From a bacterium (GTDB lineage: Bacteria > Patescibacteriota > Minisyncoccia > UBA9983), in NCBI GenBank assembly GCA_013152035.1, contig JAADHB010000026.1, forward strand, positions 1 to 56,610: a stretch of DNA of 56,610 bases, read 5' to 3'. The number at the start of each line of letters is the position of its first letter. Position 1 is the stretch's first letter. A program made the translations under genes and the position numbers. Positions 51,257 through 56,610 of the stretch are shown one piece after another. Below the pieces are notes generated by a model that saw only the letters and a program-made list of their open reading frames with translations, was not told the DNA's origin and did no database searches.

Positions 51257-51922
51257 TCAAACCAGATTGAATATGTAGGCTGTCGCCTCTATGGCGAATA
51301 AAAAATAAAAAAGAATTGAGCTTATCCAATACATTTTTTGTTGTTCAATGACACCGGCAATAAAGACCCCCATGCTGGCGACAAGGGCACCGGTATAACC
51401 CAAAAGAAGACCGGCGCTAAAAAGGGGTGATGATGGAAAAGGGCTAGCGATAAACAGCCCTACGATGGCAAAGGAGATGGCCCCCGCCGCAAACCATCCC
51501 TTTCTTGTTACGTTGGCTGCCCCCATACAGAGGAGCCCACCGAGGATGACGGCGAAAAAGGGATTAAATTTTCTTTCCCGCTTCTCCTCCTTTTCCACAT
51601 TCTCTACGATAAAACTATTGCTAGCCTTGTCGTAAGAGATTGTCTTTTTGCACTCTGTGATTGTGGCATAGTGCCACAATCCATCCCGCTCCTTGCGGGA
51701 CTCGCAAATCGGGACTTTTGTTCCCGGGGTAAGTTTCGCGATTAGCGACCCCCTCTGGTTGCTGATGATCGTTTCTGTGTCGTTGGTTTTAATCAACGAC
51801 CCTTCGGTAACTAGGCGAAATCTGCCCCTTTCTATCTTTACCTCCCCTTCCGTGGCATACGCCACGGAAGCTAAAACCACCATAACGACCAAAATCGCAA
51901 TCGCAAAAAATATCTTTTTCAT
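51257..51922 (-). CDS. Hypothetical protein: signal peptide, small extracytoplasmic domain, about 4 C-terminal TM helices
   Basis: 221 aa. AAAGGAGGAG SD. Starts MKKIFFAIAILVVMVVLASVAYA. Confidence 0.65.
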   Translation of the reverse strand: MKKIFFAIAILVVMVVLASVAYATEGEVKIERGRFRLVTEGSLIKTNDTETIISNQRGSLIAKLTPGTKVPICESRKERDGLWHYATITECKKTISYDKASNSFIVENVEKEEKRERKFNPFFAVILGGLLCMGAANVTRKGWFAAGAISFAIVGLFIASPFPSSPLFSAGLLLGYTGALVASMGVFIAGVIEQQKMYWISSILFYFLFAIEATAYIFNLV

Positions 51923-51996
51923 CTCTCCTCCTTTGTGTTCAGTAATTTTTTGAAGTTTATTTTCAGTTGTAAAACAACCGGAATTACAATACCAAA

Positions 51997-52035
51997 ATCT
52001 GCCTGCATTATAGCAGACAGATTACAAATAGTCAA
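51997..52035 (-). promoter_or_regulatory. Consensus promoter whose -10 sits in the loop of an inverted repeat (operator-like)
   Basis: Minus strand: TTGACT (52035..52030), 17-nt spacer, TATAAT (52012..52007). The inverted repeat atctgcctgc/gcagacagat (9 of 10 positions pair) flanks the -10. Confidence 0.6.
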
Positions 52036-52054
52036 GAAAAGTTGTGTGGGGGTT

Positions 52055-52510
52055 TTATCTCTTCCTCCATTGCGCCGCTTTGCGCGCTTTTTTGAGGCCG
52101 AATTTTCGGCGTTCTTTCATTCGAGGGTCGCGGATTAAAAATCCCGCTTTCTTCATTCGCTTCCTGAAATCGGCGTTGAATTCAACGAGCGCCCTGGCTA
52201 TTCCGTGCCTCAACGCTTCCGCCTGCGACTTTACCCCTCCGCCCGAGATTTTTACGAGCACCTTGAACTTGCCGAGCAGCTTCATTTTTTTCAAAGGATC
52301 TTCAATTATGCTCATCAATTCCGGGGTCGGGAAATAGTCCTCCGCCTTTTTCTCGTTAACCGTGATTTTCGCGTCGCCCTTGCTGAACAGGCGCACTCTC
52401 GCGACCGAAGTCTTCCTTCTTCCGACCGCCTCAAAATACCGGTTGTTGTTTCCGGCGGCGCTTTTGGTCTCCTCGGTTTCGGTTTTTATTTTTTCCTGAT
52501 CTGTTGGCAT
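52055..52510 (-). CDS. rpsI: 30S ribosomal protein S9 (with about 20 aa of N-terminal extension)
   Basis: 151 aa. GRRKTSVARV ... ends KKARKAAQWRKR. Confidence 0.93.
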   Translation of the reverse strand: MPTDQEKIKTETEETKSAAGNNNRYFEAVGRRKTSVARVRLFSKGDAKITVNEKKAEDYFPTPELMSIIEDPLKKMKLLGKFKVLVKISGGGVKSQAEALRHGIARALVEFNADFRKRMKKAGFLIRDPRMKERRKFGLKKARKAAQWRKR

Positions 52511-52524
52511 AATTTAAAAATTGA

Positions 52525-52866
52525 TTACTTGATAATAAGATTCTTTAACATTTGCTTTCTCAGTTTGTTTTTCGGAAGCATCCCGCTCACCGCTTTTTCA
52601 AAAACATATCCGGTCCCCTTCTTATCAATAACATCCTCCATGGCGGCGGTTTTCAAAGATCCCGGGTAGCCGGAATGCCTTATGTATTTTTTCTGCTTCA
52701 GTTTGTTGCCCGTTATTTTTATCTTATCAATGTTTTCCACCAGCAGTTTGATGTCGGGAATTCGGTTCGGCGCGAAATCGGTGTTATTTTTCCCGCGCAA
52801 AATGACCGCCGCCTCCGTGGCCGCCCTCCCCAACGCTTTTCCTTTTACATCCAAAATAATTTCCAT
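52525..52866 (-). CDS. rplM: 50S ribosomal protein L13 (short)
   Basis: Start set at ATG 52866 (MEIILDVKGKALGRAATEAAVILRGK). This avoids an overlap with rplQ. Confidence 0.85.
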   Translation of the reverse strand: MEIILDVKGKALGRAATEAAVILRGKNNTDFAPNRIPDIKLLVENIDKIKITGNKLKQKKYIRHSGYPGSLKTAAMEDVIDKKGTGYVFEKAVSGMLPKNKLRKQMLKNLIIK

Positions 52867-52888
52867 AACTATATTCCTACCATTTATG

Positions 52889-53236
52889 CTACACAAATTC
52901 AATAATCGCCATTTTCGCGGCATCCCCTTTCCTTCGCGGAAGCTTGGTTATCCTCGTGTATCCGCCTTTTCTTTCCTTGTATTTCGGCGCGATTTCCGAA
53001 AAAATCTTTTTCGCCGCGTCTTCCCCAATCCTCGCCGTAACCAATCTCCTGCTCGCCAGCGCGCCGCTCTTTCCCTTCGTTATCATTTTTTCTATGTACG
53101 GGCGGAGCTCCTTCGCCTTCGCCTCGGTCGTCTTAATCTTCTCGTCTCTGACAAAGTTAACAGCCAGCGATCGCATTAAAGCCCGCCTCGCGTTTCTTTT
53201 TCTTCCTAATTTTCTTCCCGTTGATTTATGCTTCAT
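52889..53236 (-). CDS. rplQ: 50S ribosomal protein L17
   Basis: 115 aa. [24 protein letters not shown]. Confidence 0.93.
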   Translation of the reverse strand: MKHKSTGRKLGRKRNARRALMRSLAVNFVRDEKIKTTEAKAKELRPYIEKMITKGKSGALASRRLVTARIGEDAAKKIFSEIAPKYKERKGGYTRITKLPRRKGDAAKMAIIEFV

Positions 53237-53303
53237 AATGTTTCAACTGCCAATTTTCGGTTAATTTGCCCTTTTGCGAAAATCCACCCTCCGCGGCTCG
53301 CGA

Positions 53304-54275
53304 TTATTTCAGTATCAAGCCGTAATTCCCCAAAGCTCTCCTGATTTCCTGAACCGCCTTCTTGCCAACCCCTTCCATACCCAGCAAATCCTCCTCTTTC
53401 TTTCTCGCCAGCCCTCCGACGGTCCTGATGCCGGCGTCCGACAGCGCGCTCAATGTCCTTGACGAAATCTGCAGATCTTCAATTCTTGTTTTCATTATTT
53501 CAGCGTCCTCCGGCTTCCCTTCGCTTTTTTCTTCCTCAACCGCGGCTTCCGGCATGGATATTTCCTCGGGAAAGGCGAATTCCTCCTCCTTGAAGCCGAC
53601 AATCGCCCTTAAATGGTTTATCACAATCTCTATCGCCTTTTCAAGCGATTCGCGCGGAGAAATAATTCCGTCCGTCTCTATTGAGAATCGAAGCCGGTTG
53701 TAGTCCGTGCGATCTCCGACGCGCATATTCTCCACCTCGTAATTCACTCTTTTTACGGGAGTGAAAACGGCATCCATAACTATTTCTCCGACGCCAACCT
53801 TCCCGTTGTGGAGCTGTTCCCTCGGCACGTATCCGAGCCCTTTCTCCACGACAATTTCCATTTCAAGCTTCGCGTCCTTGGATGTCAAAGACGCGATGTG
53901 CCGGTCTTTGTTCAAAACCTCCAACTGGGACGGAACTTTTATGTCTTTGGCCGTCACCTCCTTCGCTCCTTTCACGGAGATGGTCGCCACCTGCGGCTCA
54001 TCGGAATGCAGTTTGAACCTGACCTTCTTAAGATTCAAAAGGATATTGATTACATCCTCCTTTATTCCCGGAATGGACGAGAATTCGTGCGCCACGCCCT
54101 CTATCTTCACTCTGGTGACGGCGGAACCCGGAAGAGAGGATAAAATAACCCTTCTCAATGAGTTTCCGAGCGTGTGCCCGTAGCCGGCGTAGAGGCCGTC
54201 AATCTCATAGACGCCCTTGTTTCCTTCCTCGTGGACGATTTTTGGTTTTGAAGGCAATGAAATGTTGCAATCCAT
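53304..54275 (-). CDS. rpoA: DNA-directed RNA polymerase alpha subunit
   Basis: Start preferred at ATG 54275 (MDCNISLPSKPKI...). NTD motifs plus a C-terminal HhH domain (LQISSRTLSALSDAGIRTVGGL). Confidence 0.92.
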   Translation of the reverse strand: MDCNISLPSKPKIVHEEGNKGVYEIDGLYAGYGHTLGNSLRRVILSSLPGSAVTRVKIEGVAHEFSSIPGIKEDVINILLNLKKVRFKLHSDEPQVATISVKGAKEVTAKDIKVPSQLEVLNKDRHIASLTSKDAKLEMEIVVEKGLGYVPREQLHNGKVGVGEIVMDAVFTPVKRVNYEVENMRVGDRTDYNRLRFSIETDGIISPRESLEKAIEIVINHLRAIVGFKEEEFAFPEEISMPEAAVEEEKSEGKPEDAEIMKTRIEDLQISSRTLSALSDAGIRTVGGLARKKEEDLLGMEGVGKKAVQEIRRALGNYGLILK

Positions 54276-54354
54276 AAATTTGGTTTTTGGTTTTTGCCGT
54301 TTGCCGTTCGGTGTTCCCGTCCGCCAAACTTCAATCGCCAATCACCCGAATTAA

Positions 54355-54993
54355 TTAACGCGAATAAAATTCAATTATTGTATTTAAACTTCCTTCCATT
54401 CCGGCTTCCTCGCCGACGGACGGCAGTCCGCAAATCTCACCCGTCTTGCCGTCTTTGTCCAGTTTCAACCACGCCGGCGGGCTGTATTTTTTCAACCTAA
54501 GGTCAAGGCCGCTGAAAATCCCCTTTGGCGCCGACTGCGGCCTGATGGCGATCTTGTCCCCCTTTTTTATTCTGTAAGAAGGGATATCAACCCTTCTGCC
54601 GTTTACCGTTATGTGCCCGTGAGAAACAATCTGCCTCGCCTTTGATCTGGAATCCGCCAAGCCGAGCCGAAAAACAATACTGTCCAGCCGCGATTCAAGA
54701 AGCTCAAAGAACTTCGCGGAAGTGTCCGCCCCGGGCGCCTTAACCGCCTCTTTCGCGTAATTCACGAATTGGCGCTCTCTCAAGCCGTAACCGAACTTCA
54801 CCTTCTGCTTTTCGCGAAGCTGTATTCCGTATTCCGACCCGCCCCTCCTCACATTCTTGCCGCCGCCTTTGCCGGTGGCTCCGGGAGCGTAGGGCTTGGT
54901 CGTAATCGGACATTTCGGGGTATGGCATTTCTCCCCTTTCAAAAAGAGTTTTTGCCGCGCCCTTCTGCATTTTTTACATTTGTCGCCTAACAT
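54355..54993 (-). CDS. rpsD: 30S ribosomal protein S4
   Basis: 212 aa. N-terminal Cys cluster (CKKC...C..PKC) and an S4 domain. Confidence 0.93.
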   Translation of the reverse strand: MLGDKCKKCRRARQKLFLKGEKCHTPKCPITTKPYAPGATGKGGGKNVRRGGSEYGIQLREKQKVKFGYGLRERQFVNYAKEAVKAPGADTSAKFFELLESRLDSIVFRLGLADSRSKARQIVSHGHITVNGRRVDIPSYRIKKGDKIAIRPQSAPKGIFSGLDLRLKKYSPPAWLKLDKDGKTGEICGLPSVGEEAGMEGSLNTIIEFYSR

Positions 54994-55007
54994 AATAATA
55001 TATAAAT

Positions 55008-55439
55008 TTATACTCGCCTCGGTTTCGGAGGCCTCGGGCCGTTATGCGGCACCGGCGTAATATCCTTAATTGAACTTATCTCAATGCCCTTCGCGGCGAA
55101 AGAACGAACCGCCGCCTCCCTTCCGGACCCGACCCCCTTCACGACGACATCAACCTCTTTCACTCCCATCATTATCGCTTTTTCGGCGAGCAGTTCGGCA
55201 ATCTTGGCGGCGGCGAACGGCGTCCCCTTTTTAGCTCCCTTAAAACCGAGGGCTCCGCTTGAGGACTGCATAATCGCGTTCCCTTCTTTGTCAGCGAAAG
55301 TTATCAGCGTGCTGTTATAAGTTGACTGGATATTCAAAATACCGCCGGAAAGCTTCCTTTTGGGAATTTTCCCTATTCCGTGCCTCGCGGCGCCTCTCGC
55401 GCCTCCTCCCGTTTTTTTTATAATTCGTTTTTTTCCCAT
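55008..55439 (-). CDS. rpsK: 30S ribosomal protein S11
   Basis: 143 aa. ...DITPVPHNGPRPPKPRRV. Confidence 0.93.
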   Translation of the reverse strand: MGKKRIIKKTGGGARGAARHGIGKIPKRKLSGGILNIQSTYNSTLITFADKEGNAIMQSSSGALGFKGAKKGTPFAAAKIAELLAEKAIMMGVKEVDVVVKGVGSGREAAVRSFAAKGIEISSIKDITPVPHNGPRPPKPRRV

Positions 55440-55451
55440 AATATACCGTGA

Positions 55452-55835
55452 TTATTTCTTATCAAGTTTTTTCCTTCCGCTTCCCATCGTCATTCGGCCC
55501 TTGTACGGCCTCGTTGTTCGCGAATTCGTGGATGTCCTCTGCCCTCTTGACGGCAAATGCCTGATGTGCCGGATCCCCCTGTAGCATTTTATCTCTTTCA
55601 ATCTTTTTATGTTTGAGGAAACCTCTCTCCGCAAATCCCCCTCAATCCTGTATTTTTCCACCAATTCTCTTATGGCGCCGGTTTCCTTTTCGGAGAGATC
55701 TTTCGCTTTTTTGTCAAAAGAAACTTTCGCCTTTTCAAGAATCGTTTTCGCCCTGAACGGCCCAATGCCAAAAACATAAGTCAGCGCGACCTCCAGTTTC
55801 TTGTTATCGGGTATGTTTGTTCCTGCTATTCTCAT
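55452..55835 (-). CDS. rpsM: 30S ribosomal protein S13
   Basis: 127 aa. [25 protein letters not shown]. Confidence 0.93.
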   Translation of the reverse strand: MRIAGTNIPDNKKLEVALTYVFGIGPFRAKTILEKAKVSFDKKAKDLSEKETGAIRELVEKYRIEGDLRREVSSNIKRLKEIKCYRGIRHIRHLPSRGQRTSTNSRTTRPYKGRMTMGSGRKKLDKK

Positions 55836-55951
55836 TATCCTTGTCGCTGCTTATGCTTCGGATTCTTTTTGCAGATAACATAAACCCGGCCGCTTCGCCT
55901 GACCAGTTTGCAGTCTTTGCAAATTTTTTTAACCGAAGATCTGACTTTCAT
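55835..55951 (-). CDS. rpmJ: 50S ribosomal protein L36
   Basis: Not in the ORF track (38 aa). Sequence: [43 protein letters not shown] overlap with the rpsM start. Confidence 0.9.
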   Translation of the reverse strand: MKVRSSVKKICKDCKLVRRSGRVYVICKKNPKHKQRQG

Positions 55952-55960
55952 TTTTAATTT

Positions 55961-56176
55961 TTACAACCTTTTTACTATCCTCGCCTTTGTGTCTTCGTAC
56001 GGGTTCAGCTCAACCTTCACCCTGTCGCCGACCAAAACCCTGATTCTGTACATCCGCATCTTGCCCGCCAAATGCCCAAAAATATCCTTTCCGTCTTCAA
56101 GGCGAACCCGAAAAGTAGCATTAGGCAATGCCTCCGTCACTGTTCCTATAGCTGTTTTTGCGGACCTGTCTGCCAT
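55961..56176 (-). CDS. infA: Translation initiation factor IF-1
   Basis: 71 aa. [19 protein letters not shown]...[14 protein letters not shown]. Confidence 0.93.
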   Translation of the reverse strand: MADRSAKTAIGTVTEALPNATFRVRLEDGKDIFGHLAGKMRMYRIRVLVGDRVKVELNPYEDTKARIVKRL

Positions 56177-56193
56177 CTATTTATAACTTTCAC

Positions 56194-56223
56194 AGTATAG
56201 CAAAACCCCCGCAAAAAAGTCAA
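56194..56223 (-). promoter_or_regulatory. Promoter of the infA-ribosomal protein-rpoA cluster
   Basis: Minus strand: TTGACT (56223..56218), 18-nt spacer, TATACT (56199..56194), 17 nt before the infA ATG. Confidence 0.5.
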
Positions 56224-56225
56224 GT

Positions 56226-56270
56226 TTTTTTACAATTTCCCAAGGTAAGACCTTGGGAAATTGTAAAAAA
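56226..56270. terminator. Family-2 palindrome (21-bp arms) acting as a bidirectional terminator-like hairpin
   Basis: ttttttacaatttcccaaggt-aag-accttgggaaattgtaaaaaa. The core cccaaggtaagaccttggg is identical to the right half of the mrdA insertion. Confidence 0.65.
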
Positions 56271-56283
56271 CAAACCGCTCCAA

Positions 56284-56601
56284 TTAAACACCCTTTGAAA
56301 TAAATTTATAGCTTCTGTAGATAAAGAGGAGCGTGATTGTGTTTATGAGCAAGGAGAATCCGAGATTTTTCCATATGTCAGCACCTTTTTGTTGAATTTC
56401 CATAAGCAACGGTATCAAAGAGGCATCCTTAATTATTAATATAATAATTCCGGCAACAAAAACGATTTTCCATAAGAGCAGGCTCGTAATTTTTTTAAAG
56501 AATAATCTGTCAATGGATAAGATGGCAAAAAGCGACCAATAAATTAACATTGCATTGGGGGCGACAGAAAAATATACGGCAAAATATACAGCGGGAACCA
56601 C
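56284..56601 (-). CDS. Hypothetical 3-TM membrane protein (5' end may lie beyond the window edge)
   Basis: 105-aa hydrophobic ORF. No family recognised. Confidence 0.45.
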   Translation of the reverse strand: MVPAVYFAVYFSVAPNAMLIYWSLFAILSIDRLFFKKITSLLLWKIVFVAGIIILIIKDASLIPLLMEIQQKGADIWKNLGFSLLINTITLLFIYRSYKFISKGV

Positions 56602-56610
56602 ACCCCCAAA

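Overview
A 56.6-kb, gene-dense window with about 62 CDS and 1 tRNA, almost entirely on the minus strand. It looks like a reduced-genome bacterium of the CPR/Patescibacteria (Parcubacteria-like) type. That placement is inference from trimmed core proteins (GAD-less AspRS, RF1 without domain 1, short ProRS, EF-Ts and L13), GatB, many giant or low-complexity surface proteins, and Trp-rich GW(A)WS..IGWI.F repeats. Housekeeping backbone: mraZ (partial), lysS-greA, mrdA-mreD-mreC-mreB, proS, rseP-frr, holB, tRNA-Thr, tsf-rpsB, rpmE-prfA, rplY, rpiB, gap, gatB, mraY-dac-scpB-scpA, aspS, plsC-rsmI, grpE-dnaK-dnaJ, and infA-rpmJ-rpsM-rpsK-rpsD-rpoA-rplQ-rplM-rpsI. Most interesting signals: (1) at 11.2-17.3 kb, a tapA-sipW-tasA-like locus with an archaeal-type signal peptidase (SipW) and four TasA/camelysin-like secreted proteins, one fused to a lamin-tail domain and one carrying a sortase-like C-terminal signal; an SD-bearing secreted gene set lies next to it at 8.5-11.1 kb. 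This is a candidate extracellular fibre system. (2) A family of nested palindromic elements (cores CTTGGAGA-TTGAG-TCTCCAAG and CCCAAGG-TnnnA-CCTTGGG) occurs in intergenic regions and also in frame inside essential genes (PBP2 once, GatB twice), resembling Rickettsia palindromic elements. (3) A 9-mer, GTGGATAAC (which contains the DnaA-box consensus), is found only between genes. It clusters as ~10-bp-spaced direct repeats upstream of mraZ and elsewhere pairs with hairpins. (4) The RF1 gene lacks the whole N-terminal domain. (5) A small SD-bearing plus-strand ORF bounded by palindromes is inserted inside the mre operon. (6) A solo MazF-like toxin sits next to a convergent promoter-hairpin sRNA candidate. 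(7) A four-helix-bundle (23S IVS-type) gene is flanked by inverted AT-rich repeats. (8) A recurrent (TGTGG)TATAAT -10 box lies 6-7 nt before the ATG of at least 7 genes, implying leaderless mRNAs. All calls rest on reading the sequence and on remembered family motifs; no database search was run.
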